This document shows, in pieces, positions 26,791 through 39,599 of a stretch of 64,000 nucleotides of DNA. Every line of letters starts with the position of its first letter. Within the stretch, counting starts at the first letter, position 1. The DNA lies in contig NC_042997.1 in the NCBI RefSeq assembly GCF_006345805.1, forward strand, positions 76,446,001 to 76,510,000, read 5' to 3'. The translations under genes and the position numbers were made by a program. This stretch comes from Octopus sinensis (taxonomy: Eukaryota). Below the pieces are notes generated by a model. It made no database searches and was not told where the DNA came from. It was given only the letters and a program-made list of their open reading frames with translations.

Positions 26791-27710
26791 TTATTCTGTG
26801 TCATTACCTAACATTTATATACTGCATCAGTATGTTTGCATTGCCTGTCCAGGGGTCAGTCCACAGTTCTGAATTTACATTTTAGGTGGGATGCATGCCT
26901 GGTTTGCGTAATGTAGGATGCTGGGTCCAGACCCACTTGGATCTGTTGTGTTCCCATTAATCCCCCACTTCCTGTGAAAATTCCCCCATTGCATATTTAC
27001 TTGGAACAGTCTTGGTTGATGTTAACTCATGAGGTACCCCAGCATTTCCCATTTTCTCCCAGGCAGGTTCATGCATTATATTTAGCTAGTTTCAAATTAT
27101 TGGATTCTGCTATAATACTAACCACACTTCTCAAAGACCTGATAAAAGATCCTGAGGATGTTGGTTTTCACACTAAATGAAAAGGCTGGGCCATATCAAA
27201 TTATGTGTATCTCTCTCCTCCTCTTTTCTCCACAGGAGTAGGTATGTCCTCCAGTTGGGTGGTCAGAGTTTTGGTTTCACAACTGTAATAATATCATCAT
27301 CATCATTTAATATCTCTCTTCCATGCAGGCTTGGGTTGGACGGTTTGACAGGAGCTGGTAAGATAGAAACTGTGCCAGCTCTATTAACTGCTTTGACATG
27401 GTTTTTATGGTTGGATACCCTTTCCTAATGCCTATCACTCTACAAAGTGGATTGGGTGCTTTTTACATGGCACAAGCATCAGTAACTTGCAAGACAAAGA
27501 TCCCTTAATGAGAAGGAAAGTGGGAGGTGGCTTTGTGCCAAGTGATGAGAGTTTAGAGAATGACAGAGGGACAGAAATAGGTGTCTTGCTGTAAAAGAGA
27601 TTACATGGTTACCCTAATCAGAGGGAGAGAGTGACAGAGATGATGGCAATGTGCCGGTGCATTCCCCCAAGGTACAAGGATGTGAATATATAAATAGAAT
27701 AGGCGCAGGA

Positions 27711-28085
27711 GTGGCTGTGTGGTAAGTAGCTTGCTTACCAACCACATGGTTCCGGGTTCAGTCCCACTGCGTGGCACCTTGGGCAAGTGTCTTCTACTAT
27801 AGCCTCGGGCTGACCAAAGCCTTGTGAGTGGATTTGGTAGACGGAAACTGAAAGAAGCCCGTCGTATATATGTATATGTGTGTGTGTTAGTCTACCCAAC
27901 ATCGCTTGACAACCAATGCTGGTGTGTTTACATCCCCGTAACTTAGCGGTTTGGCAAAAGAGACCGATAGAATAAGTACTAGGCTTACAAAGAATAAGTC
28001 CTGGAGTTGATTTGCTCAACTAAAGGCAGTGCTCCAGCATGGCCACAGTCAAATAACTGAAACAAGTAAAAGAGTAAAGAGTAAA
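27711..28085 (+). mobile_element. Full-length tRNA-derived SINE
   Basis: tRNA-like head, central core, internal (TG)n, tail ...actgaaacaagtaaaagagtaaagagtaaaaga. Confidence 0.88.
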
Positions 28086-28285
28086 AGAGAGAATGGTAGA
28101 GGATTGTTTAGAGTGTGAGTAGGGAATTCATGGAAGTGCAACAGGAGGAGGATGGAGGGAAAGGGGAGAATGTAGTGAGTAGTGAAGCATGGGTATATAG
28201 GAGGAAGGCAACAGAAAAGCAAAAATTACAATTGGCAGAGAGAGGACAGAAGATATGTGTGTGTGTTTGCATGCCTGTGTATGTA

Positions 28286-29480
28286 CAGGGTGACCCTCAA
28301 AATGGGAATTTTTGAAAAACCCTACAAAAATAGGGAAAATCCAAATCCAACAAAAAAAAAAAAATTGATCGACAGCTGTTAAACAAATAAAACAGCAACT
28401 TTTGAAATATGTAGTGGCAACCATGTAGTACTGTACATTTGGCAGCACTGTAGTACAGTGAGCTTCATGCCCAAACAACCTTGCAATTTAGTAATCCTGA
28501 ATCAGTTGAATGGTCAACAGTGTGCTTTCACCATAAAAATACTTACAAAAACAACGATAGTTTGGAAGGTGCACAGCATGAGTCATCTCAATTAGGGCAT
28601 CATGGTCAAGTTCCCTTGAAATATGCAATAAAAATGTGGATTAAAAACTTTGAAAAGACTGGATTGGTTCTTTAATAGAAACTGACAGGATGACCAAGAA
28701 GTATTCATACTCCACAGAATATCGAAGGTTCACATGTTTCAGTCTTACTGAGCACACATTGTTCAGCTCATAAGCAAGCAGCTGCAGTAAGGGTGTCCTG
28801 AGAAAGTATTTGCCAGATTCTCAATTTTTACTTAAAATTTCATCTGCATATCATGCAAGAACTGAAGGAAAATGATCACCAATTGCAATTAGAATTCTGT
28901 CAAAAAATTATTGAAAATATAAATGAGAACAACAAATTTCTGGACAAACTGTGGATGTCAGATAAGGCTCATTTTCATCTCACAGGTTATGTGAACGAGC
29001 AGAACTATCTTTACTTGTTAGACAGCAACCCCAAAGAACTTCATGAACACCCTTCCTGCAGCAGCAAGGTGACAGTATGGTGTGCAGTTTTGTCACACAG
29101 GGCCATCAGACCGTACTTTTTTGCAAATGAAGAGGGAATCACAACAACTGTCACTTTGGATTGATTTGTAGAGATGCTGCAATCTTTTGTTGCACCTGCA
29201 TTGAACAATTTTCCATAACTTCACAATGGTTTGACATTGCACACTACAATAGGATGGTGCAACATTGCACACTACAAAGCAATCAATGGCAGTTGTGCAA
29301 GACTTGTTCGGTAACTGTGTCATCTCAAGATTCAGTGACATTCTCTGGTCCTCAAGATCACCAGATTTGTCCATTTGTGATCTTTTCTTGTGGGGCTATC
29401 TTAAGAGTCAGGTCTACATGGTTTAGTCAAGGACACTGGATGAACTGAAACAAAGAATTCAAAATAAAATTCACGGTATA
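28286..29480 (+). mobile_element. Tc1/mariner (maT/DD37D-like) transposase relic, right end missing
   Basis: TA|cagggtgaccc TIR; LWMSDKAHFHLTGYVNEQN, KVTVWCA, QDGATLH and WSSRSPDL..CD.FLWGYLKS motifs across frames. Confidence 0.8.
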
Positions 29481-29492
29481 CCAACTATTCTG

Positions 29493-30939
29493 CACCTTAT
29501 GCAGAATTTATTTCTCCTTCGAATGATGCAGACAATAACTATTTTTATACAACTTGAAGAATTCTAATGCTAAATTGATATAAACATTTTGAATTTACTG
29601 GCAAAATTAGTTTAAGACCATGTAATATGTATGCTAATCTTTTTACCAAAATGGGTGGTCGCACAACTAGCCTAACTGCACTACATAGTGTTATAATTTA
29701 ACGTTATTATACAATTGATTAATAATGGGAAAACAGCATAACCTCAGTCTAGTCATGTGAGCAAAAATTGTATTACTCCACCAGCAAAAAGTTTCTTTTT
29801 CGAACATCAGCAAGCAACTAAAGTGCAGTAAAACAGCTTTGTGTGCAAGCGTGGAAGTTATACTCAGAGACTGGTCAATATAAAGATCAGCAAAGGACTG
29901 GCGCCCCAAGAAAAACAATGGCGCAGTTGGACCATCGAATCCACCGACTTTCGGAAGGCAACCAAATGCTGACAGCCGTTGACATTTCTAAACAATTGTC
30001 CAATGAGAATAGTGTTATTTTTACACCACAAACCGTCCACAACCGTTTGTGAGAATTTTGACTATATTGATGAATCACTAGGAAAAAGCCAATAATATCT
30101 GAAAGAAATCAACTCAAACACCTTAATTTTGTAAAAAGTCATGCTCAATGAACTGCCGAATATTGGTGCAGGGTCCTTTGGAGTGATGAGTCACGCTTCT
30201 GTATATTTGGATCAGATGGTAAAATATACGTCAGACATTGCCCAACCATGGAATTCCATCCGAAATGTGTGATTTCTCACAAACCAGCGGGGGGTCGGGG
30301 TGTCATGGTGTGGGCGGCATTTAGTAGCTTTGGTGTTGGCCCTCTAGTTAAAGTTGATGGAAAGCTAAATAGTGTAGGTTATATGAATCTACAAAAGGAT
30401 AATGTTGTGCTATATTTGACTCACCAAATGCCTCGGGGCTATTTATCAGCAGGACAATAGTCCTGTGCACAAAGCCAAAAAGGTTATGGAATTCTTTGAT
30501 CACCATAATATTGATGTAATCGAATGGCCTCCCTTGAGCCTGGACCTGAATCTGATCAAGAACTTGTGGAATTATGTTTTCAAAAAAGTCCATGCTAAAA
30601 AAACCATCTAATCTAAAACAATTATTCAATTATATCAATGAAATATAGCAAAACATTCCCATAGAATTTTATAATCACTTAGTGAATTCAATGCTGAGGC
30701 ATTGTTCAGCTGTTATTAAGAATAAAAGCTACGGCACAAAGTACTAATATGTATTTCGTTCTTGTTGCTCAATTTTGCTACAATTTTAAGCTTTAAATAA
30801 AATAATAATGATAGTCTTAAACTAATTTTGCCGGTAAATTTGATATGTTTATATTAATTTAGCATTAGAATTCTTCAAGTTATATAAAAATAGTTATTGT
30901 CTGGATCATTCAAATGAGAAATAAATTCTGCATAAGGTG
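29493..30939 (+). mobile_element. Tc1-family (DD34E) transposon with ~130 bp TIRs, disrupted transposase
   Basis: caccttatgcagaatttatttctc... and ...gagaaataaattctgcataaggtg|TA; GAPRKT, WSDESRF, GVMVWAAFS, QQDN and WPP.S.DLN motifs. Confidence 0.9.
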
Positions 30940-31031
30940 TAAAGGATAGAAATAATTTGCATGGTGTTAGTAACAAAATATTTTGTAAGAAATAGAACTT
31001 TTATCATCAGTCTTAAATTTATTGATATATA

Positions 31032-31074
<43 letters not shown>

Positions 31075-31181
31075 CATATATATATATATATGCATATATA
31101 TAATATATGCATATATATATATATATGCATATATATATATATATGCATATATATATATATATGCATATATATAATATATGC

Positions 31182-31233
<52 letters not shown>

Positions 31234-31260
31234 GCCCATATATATATATATAAATATATA

Positions 31261-31861
31261 TCATCATCATCATTTAGCGTCCGTTCTCCATGCTAGCATG
31301 GGTTGGACGGTTCAACTGGGGTCTGTGAAGCTGGAAGGCTTCATCAGGCCCAGTCAGATCTGGCAGTGTTTCTACGGCTGGATGCCCTTCCTAACGCCAA
31401 CCACTCCGTGAGTGTAGTGGGTGCTTTTTACGTGCCACCCGCACAGGTGCCAGACAGAGCTGGCAAACGGCCACGAACGGATGGTGCTTTTACGTGTCAC
31501 TGGCACGGGGCCAGGCAAGGCTGGCAACGGACACGAACGGATGGTGCTTTTACGTGCCACCAACACGGGGGCCAGACAGAGCTGGCAAACGGCCACAAAA
31601 CGGATGGTGCTTTTACGTGTCACCGGCACGGGGGCCAGGCGAGGCTGGCAATGGACACGAACGAATGGTGCTTTTACATGCCACCGACATGGGGGCCAGA
31701 CAGGGCTGGCAAACGGCCACGAACGGATGGTGCTTTTACGTGTCACCGGCACGGGGGCCAGGCGAGGCTGCAAACGGACACAAACGGATGGTGCTTTTAC
31801 ATGTCACCGACATGGGGGCCAGACAGGGCTGGCAAACGGCCACGAACGGATGGTGCTTTTA
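31261..31861 (-). mobile_element. RTE 3'-tail element with ~60 bp tandem array (runs into the gap)
   Basis: (ATC)n tail, conserved RTE 3' UTR, then ~7 units of ggatggtgcttttacgtg..accggcacggggcca. Confidence 0.85.
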
Positions 31862-31961
31862 NNNNNNNNNNNNNNNNNNNNNNNNNNNNNNNNNNNNNNN
31901 NNNNNNNNNNNNNNNNNNNNNNNNNNNNNNNNNNNNNNNNNNNNNNNNNNNNNNNNNNNNN
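31862..31961. other. Assembly gap (100 N)
   Basis: Run of N. Confidence 1.
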
Positions 31962-32341
31962 CTCTCTCTATATAAACGGCAGTTTGTCTGTGCGTTTTCT
32001 GTGTGTCTGTTTTCTTGTACCCTCACTCTGACCACGGCTTTCACCCGATTCTGACGAAACTTGACACACACATAGCCCAATGTCATAATTCAAAACTACG
32101 CAGCGAAAATTTTGAAAAGTTCCCCCAGTTCTGAAAAAAATCGATAAATTCGACATGGGGTCGAGAATCAGAAACCCAAACCACAGACCGTCTAGGGGAC
32201 GCAACTCCACCTTTTTGAACTCTCAAAAAAATTTACCATAATTTTTTTTTCCATTTTTTTGCTATTTTTTGGCTATCACTCTCTAAAATGCTTTATAGTT
32301 ATTTCCCTTACAAACTGAGCAACGCCGGGCGATACTGCTAG
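31962..32341 (+). mobile_element. Non-autonomous Helitron
   Basis: 5' tctatataaa...tgtctgt; 3' ctgagcaacgccgggc hairpin + gatactgCTAG|T. Confidence 0.8.
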
Positions 32342-32371
32342 TATATATATACATATATATATATACATACA

Positions 32372-32403
<32 letters not shown>

Positions 32404-32645
32404 CATACATATATATATCATACATATATATACACACACATATATATATATATATATATACATACATATATATATATATATACATATATATATACATATA
32501 TATATACATACATATATATATACATACATATATATATATATATAGACACATATATATATACAAAATATATATATACATATACATATATATATACATATAT
32601 ATACATACATATATATATACATATATATATATATACATACATATA

Positions 32646-32702
<57 letters not shown>

Positions 32703-32739
32703 TATATACATACATATATATATGATTTGATTGATTTTG

Positions 32740-33156
32740 ATTTTTCCAGTTTCATCTAATGAGCTGTGTCCATGCTGGGGCACCGCCATTTGGTTTGCTA
32801 CACGATTTTACCTCACGGATGCTTTTTAGCAAACGCCATCTGATGCATGAGAGAGTTCGATGCAGCTGCCCTCATCTGCACCTCCTTCCATGAAGTTGGT
32901 TCATCCGGGACACCTGACAGGAAGAGGTCCAGTCCTACTTTAAAGACATCTGCATCTACACCATGCAGGTCCCTCAGGTTCTTCGGGAGGATATTGAAGA
33001 GCTGTGGGCCTCTGAAGCCCAGGCTATCACAATATCTTGTCCTACATCTTGATGGCAAATTTGGAGTCCTTGGCACTACGCAGTGGCGCCCGGTTCTGGC
33101 ATTTGTGTGACTCTCGGTGCCAAAGTTTGGGACAAGTCCTTCCAGGATCTTCCAGA
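32740..33156 (-). mobile_element. CR1/Jockey-type LINE 3' fragment
   Basis: WKILEGLVPN...FRGPQLFNILPKNLR...FK..LD.FLSGVPDEP...AASNSL. Confidence 0.75.
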
Positions 33157-33181
33157 TATATATATACATACATATATATAC

Positions 33182-33212
<31 letters not shown>

Positions 33213-33218
33213 CATACA

Positions 33219-33783
33219 TGGCCCCGTGCCGGTGACACGTAAAAGCACCGTCCGTTCGTGGCCGTTTGCCAGCTCTGTCTGGCCCCGTGTCGGTGGCACG
33301 TAAAAGCACCATCCGTTCATGGCCGTTTGCCAGCTCTGTCTGGCCCCGTGTCGGTGGCACGTAAAAGCACCATCCGTCCGTGTCCGTTGCCAGCCTCGGC
33401 TGGCCCCCGTGCCGGTGACACATAAAAGCACCGTCCGTTCGTGGCCGGTTGCCAGCTCTGTCTGGCCCCATGTCGGTGGCACGTAAAAGCACCATCCGTT
33501 CGTGTCCGTTGCCAGCATCGCCTGGCCCCGTGCCGGTGACACGTAAAAGCACCATCCGTTTGTGGCCGTTCGCCAGCTCTGTCTGGCACCTGTGCAGGTG
33601 GCACGTAAAAAACACCCACTACACTCGCAGAGTGGTTGGCGTTAGGAAGGGCATCCAGCCGTAGAAACACTGCCAGATCTGACTGGGCCTGACGAAGCCT
33701 TCCAGCTTCACAGACCCCAGTTGACCCGTCCAACCCATGCTAGCATGGAAAGCGGACGCTAAACGATGATGATGATGATGATG
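33219..33783 (+). mobile_element. RTE 3'-tail element with ~60 bp tandem array
   Basis: Reverse-complement counterpart of 31261-31861; ends in (GAT)n. Confidence 0.85.
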
Positions 33784-34066
33784 ATATATATACATACATA
33801 TTTATACATACATATATATTTATACATGCATATATATATATATATACATACATATATATATACATATATATATATACATACATATATATATATACATACA
33901 TATATATATATACATATATATATATACATATATATATATATACATACGTATATATATATATACATACGTACATATATATATATATACATACATATATATA
34001 TATACATACACATATATATTTATACATACATATATATATATACATACATATATATATATACATACA

Positions 34067-34128
<62 letters not shown>

Positions 34129-34134
34129 CATACA

Positions 34135-34165
<31 letters not shown>

Positions 34166-34366
34166 ACATATATACATACATATATATATACATATATATA
34201 CATATATATGCATATATATATATGCATATATATATGCACATATATATGCATATATATATGCATATATATATGCATATATATATATATATATGCAATATAT
34301 ATGCATATATATATATATATATATATATTATAGATATATATATATGCACAATATATATATAAATAT

Positions 34367-34410
<44 letters not shown>
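33784..34410. repeat. (TA)n/(TACA)n microsatellite
   Basis: Low-complexity tract. Confidence 0.95.
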
Positions 34411-34412
<2 letters not shown>

Positions 34413-34415
34413 ACA

Positions 34416-35920
34416 CTAGCTGAATTACCTGGCAAAGCCTGGGTTACTGCTGTTCTCATTCAGATTAGTAAACAATAAATATGAAGATATATTTTTTGCT
34501 CATTATTACTTCAAATTATCTATATTTTATTAAAAGATTGTAATGATAATAGAATTTTAAAATTGAAAATCTGTCTATCTAGAAGCAGGGTTAACAATAT
34601 TCATCGTGTAATTTTTTTGTTGGTAACTAAATGAATAAATTGCTTCCAACTCATGAGCAAACAACATAGATTTGACTGTGGGAGAAGCATGTAGTAAAGA
34701 GATGAATTTCAACAATGTTGAGGAATTGACCCTTAGTTTTGTTAAATGAAATGCCAAAACTTTCTTTGACTGGAAACTGAGCCTCTTAAATTCAAATGGA
34801 ACATCTGTACGCGTGAGAGGAAACTTTGGAATAAATACATTTTCTTCTTTATGACTAACTGTTATGATTGTTGCCTGTAGGACATGGGATTTCATGGAAG
34901 TAACAATTAAGCAAGTTCCATTACACAGGCGAGGTGGGTGAAGATTCCTCAGCAACATAATGGGAGCTTCCAGCTTTAGTGTCAAGTTATGTGGTGGCAT
35001 CCCAGTGGGTTTAAGTGTGTTCAGAAATTCAACAGGGTATTGAACAGCCTGATCTTGATTGACTGTTGTGTGAATTGATTGAAAAGTCATTTTTGATGTA
35101 TATGTTAACTGTTGAAGTTCATGATTGAGTTTATCAACCATTTCATAAGTTAGAGCCAGTATAGCTCTTTCACATCAGTGTAATTGTCTATCATACATGC
35201 ACACACACTCGCACTCACATACACACATACACTCATATACACACATACATATACTAAGACAGACATTTATGTAACAAATGTGCAAACACACACACTCACG
35301 GACACATACACACTCCTACAAAATGTGTCGTGGTGGTGGTGGTACAAAATGTCCTTTACTATGTAATGAATGCGCAAACACACGCACACACTCACAGACA
35401 CATATATACTCATATACAAAATGTGTTGTGGTGGTGATGATGGTATAAAATGTTCTTACTCTAATGAATGTGCAAACACACACACACACTCATATACAAA
35501 ATGTGTCATCGTCATTGTTGTGGTATAATATGTCCTTTACTATATAATGAAGATGCAAACACATACTGACAGACACATACACACTCATATGCAAAATGTG
35601 CCATTGTTGTCATATAAAATACCCTTTACTATGTTGTACTTATCGAACACGCAGGCACACACACACACTCACAGACACATACTCATATACAAGATGTGAC
35701 AGTGTTATCATTGTAGTATAAAATGTCCTTTACTATAGTTGACTATAGAAAGATTATTTTTAAAAAATGTTATATTGTTTTAATGGAAAAGAAAATAAAA
35801 ATTACATGTTGACGCTCACAGGGTGTAATACTATTACCTTGTAAAATCTGATATGATTTGGTGGAGCCATTTGAGAATGCATAGAGAACAGAGAGACAAA
35901 ATATTTTATATATACAGAGA
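34416..35920 (-). mobile_element. Internally deleted Helitron retaining the PIF1-helicase C-terminus and a ~90 bp minisatellite
   Basis: A|TC 5' end at 35920; 3' acccaggctttgccaggt hairpin + CTAG|T at 34416; ORF 34575-35141 YPVEFLN.L...GMPPHNLTLK..APIMLLRNL.PPRLCNGT. Confidence 0.9.
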
Positions 35921-35948
35921 TATGTGTGTGTGTACATGTGTATGTATA

Positions 35949-36171
35949 CAGCAATCCCTCGACTATTGCGGGTATTACATTCCAAAACTCCCTGTGATAT
36001 GTGAAAATCCACAAAGTAGAAACAATACTGTACTGAATATTGTTATTTATTATTTTTATAATTTGTATATATTTATTTTATTATAAATACAAAACAACAC
36101 CATAGAGGAATTGACGTAAACTTAAATAATAAGCCGCAATAAGTGAACCGTGATATTGCGAGGGATCATTG
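35949..36171. mobile_element. pogo/Tigger-like MITE
   Basis: TA|cagcaatccctcg ... cgagggatcattg|TA. Confidence 0.8.
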
Positions 36172-36179
36172 TATATGAA

Positions 36180-37270
36180 TCATCAGCTTGTCCCTGGAAT
36201 CCAAGGATTGATTTCTCCTCCTGGATGAATATTTGGACCATTAGTGCTGGTGGCAAATGTGGCAAATAAGGCCAGTCTTTGCATAGTACACCATTGCATT
36301 GGCTACATGTGAATGTTGGAGTTGGTCATGTTTGGTGCTGTCTAGCCTTCCTTTTCCATTGTCTCTTTTCTCCTCTCTTTTTATTCTTTTCAAATAATAT
36401 TACTTTTGAAAGCTGGGACAGTTGGTAATAGTTGACTTTTGCTGATCTTTGTAGCATCAAAGAAGGGTTTCTCTTTGTCGTTTCCTGGTTGTCAGTTTGT
36501 TATAGAGGACTTGGCGAGGAAGTCATTCATGAGGATGAACAATGATGTTCGATTAAGGATTCAATACTCTGGCTATTTGCTCTTTCCATTATAGAATTAT
36601 TGGAGATATAGTCAAACCCCTTGATTTTTAAGAGAGTGAAGTTTCAGTTGATGAAAGCATTTGAGTTTTTTGATGTTATGAGGTTACAAAACTAATGTGT
36701 TAAAACCATTTAGGAATGTGAATATAACAACAGCTTAGTAGACCATAATCTTTGTCTTCAAAGTTAGGTCTTTCTTTTTGAATACACATTTTGTTAATTT
36801 ACTGAAAGTTGAGAAGTCAGTCTGATTCTCCATTCCACATCTTGCTCAGAGTTGCATTTGGAGGAGAGCACACTTCCAAGGAATGCAAAGTGTTTAACTT
36901 GGTCCAGTGGTGTGCCTGAAATAATGATGTTATAGTCTGAGAGGGAAAAATTTGACACTGGTTGGATGAGGATTTGAGTTTGTTTTAGTATTTACAATGA
37001 GCCTAAAATTTTGATATGCATTAGTGAAAGTATTGACAGCTTGTTACATTTCTAAGTATGAGCAACCGAAGGCCGCATTATCATCGACAAACTGGAGCTT
37101 TGTAATTCGCTTGGTACTGGTGAGAGACTTTGACTGAAACCATGCCAAGTTGAAGAGTCCACCATCAAAATGATATCTGATATCCACTCCTGGCTGATCT
37201 GAGGAATGTTCATACATCTTGTAGCAAGGTACAGGGAGAAAAGCATAGGATTGAGTGTGCAACCTTGTTT
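36180..37270 (-). mobile_element. Degenerate RTE (BovB-like) LINE fragment
   Basis: GVDIRYHFDGGLFNL...ITKLQFVDD motif (37044-37262). Confidence 0.7.
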
Positions 37271-37879
37271 TAATTCACATGTAATTGGGAATTCTTCTTA
37301 GAGTTGATCACAATGAAAGATATCCAGTCATACCATCGTCTGTCTGTCTGTCTGTCTGCCTGTCTGCCTGTCTGTCTGTCTGTCTGTCCGTCCGTCCGTC
37401 CGTCCGTCCGTCCGTCTGTCTACCAACCAGCTGACTATTGGCATGCACACACACATTTTTTGTGCATCTGTAGGATCTAGCATGTGTGTATGTGTGCATT
37501 GATGCTTGTATATTCTCATGCACAGAAGGAAGGTGTAGGGAGATAACAATGTTAGGAAAAGTATAAAGTAATAAGAAATAAAAAGTATGAAAAAATAAAA
37601 TGTGAAAATTATATAGGTAGTCAAAATGTTAATTATAAATATGTAGAAGAGCTGCAAAGTGGGGGAAGAGGAATAATCAGTGAATGATATGGGGTGGGGT
37701 GGGGCTGTTATTTGTACTTTGAGAAAGTATTGCATAATTTGTGTCAGCAACAAAAAATCAGATTATTTTGTTTGCTCAAACAATTATTGGATTACATAAT
37801 AGAGAAGACTTCGGGGATGTGTAGATTGCATTTGTTATAGCTGTTATGAGGTTTAGCAAGAGTGACTATGGACCCTTTT

Positions 37880-37926
<47 letters not shown>

Positions 37927-38054
37927 AATTTGAGGATGTTAAATTCACATTAGAGATTATATAATCTAAAAGAAAATCCACTGGTTAATCACTATCATAT
38001 AATGAGAAAGTCTCTGCGATATGTTAGGGATTATTGTAGTAATACATATTAATA

Positions 38055-38682
38055 TTAAAGGAAAGAAAAGGAAGAAAGATGGATGTATGAATAATTTATT
38101 TGTATAATATAAAGATGTTGAAATTTAAAAAAAAATAACAATACAAATAAATTATAAGTTGTAAAGCTCAAAAAGAAAATGGGAGATGCAAAAAACCTAC
38201 ATATATATTTCAGTTCTAGCTCCTAGTTGATATGGAATTCTAAACATTTGGTTATATTACTAAGAATGGTATCATTTTAACTATATGGGGCAGAACTTCT
38301 TTAGAGTTATTATGAGCTAACAGAACAAAGGTTAACATGTTTCTTGGAAGGATGCTTACAAAATAGACTATTTTGTATACATCCTTCCAAGAAACATGTT
38401 AAACTTTGTTCTATAAGCTCATAATAACTATGAAGAAGTTTTGCCCCATATAGTTAAAAATGATACCATTCTTTGCATATAACCAAATGCTTAGAATTCT
38501 ATATCAGCTACAGGCTAGAACTGAAACATCTATGTAGGTTTTTTGCATCTCCCATTTTCTTTTTGAGCCTCACAACTTATAATATATTTGTATTGATATA
38601 TTTTTTTTAAAATTTCAACATCTTTATATCATGCAAATAAATTATTCATACATCCATCTTTCTCTATTTTTTTCTTTCAATA
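38055..38682. repeat. ~620 bp imperfect palindrome with a 1-nt loop
   Basis: Centre tacaaaatag-a-ctattttgta at 38367; arms pair along ~310 bp. Confidence 0.92.
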
Positions 38683-38689
38683 TATATGT

Positions 38690-38896
38690 TTATTTATTTA
38701 CTTGTTTCAGTCATTTCACTGCAGCCATACTGGAACATTACCTTTAGTCAAGCAAATTGACCCCAGGACTTATTCTTTGTAAGCCTAGTACTATTCTATT
38801 GGTTTGTTTTGCTGAACTCCTAAGTTACAGGGATGTAAACACACCAGCATCAGTTGTCAAGCGATGGTGGGGGGACAAGCACAGACACACACACAA

Positions 38897-38927
<31 letters not shown>

Positions 38928-39066
38928 ACGGTCTTCTCAGTTTCTGTCTACCATATCCACTCACAAGTCTGAGGCTATAGTAAAAGACACTAGCCTTAGG
39001 TTCCACAAAGTGAAACTGAACCCAGAACCATGTGGTTGGGAAGCAAGCTTCTTACCACACAGCCAT
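38690..39066 (-). mobile_element. tRNA-derived SINE
   Basis: Reverse complement of the 27711 family (ttacttgtttcagtc...ctgaacccagaaccatgtggttgg...cttaccacacagcca). Confidence 0.8.
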
Positions 39067-39599
39067 GCTGGTATAAGTACTCTGAGAGAAAAGTTGGACA
39101 TAAGAAGCATCAGATGTGGTGTTCAAGAGAGACGACTGTGCTGGTATGGTCATGTATTGCATATGGATGAAGACAGCTGTGTGAAAAAGTGTCACACCCT
39201 AGCAGTAGAGGAAACCTGTGGAAGAGTACCCTTCAATCATTGGGCAATAAACTGCACTTACAAAGACCTGTTGAGACAAGTGAAGTCAGTGTTGTGGCCA
39301 ATAACAATACCACCTGATTGGCACCCCTGCCGGTGGCACATACAAGGCACCATTTGTGCATGGTCAATGCCAGTGCTACCTCACTGGTCCCGTGCCAGTG
39401 ACATAAAAAAAGAACCATTCGTGCATGATCGTTGCCAGTGCCACCTGACTGGCTCCTGTGATGGTGGCATGTAAAAAGCACCATTCAAGCATGGTTGATG
39501 CCAGTACTGCCTGAGTGGCCCTTGTGCTGGAGACATGTAAAAAGCACCCACTACACTCTAGGCATTAGGAAGGGCACCCAGATGTAGAAACATTACTAG

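Noticed and set aside
31440-33600. Palindromic ~60 bp repeat array resembling CRISPR, and its ORFs
   Set aside because: No unique spacers, no cas genes, eukaryotic context; the array lies inside an RTE tail
34575-35141. Host PIF1 helicase gene
   Set aside because: Frameshifted fragment enclosed by Helitron termini
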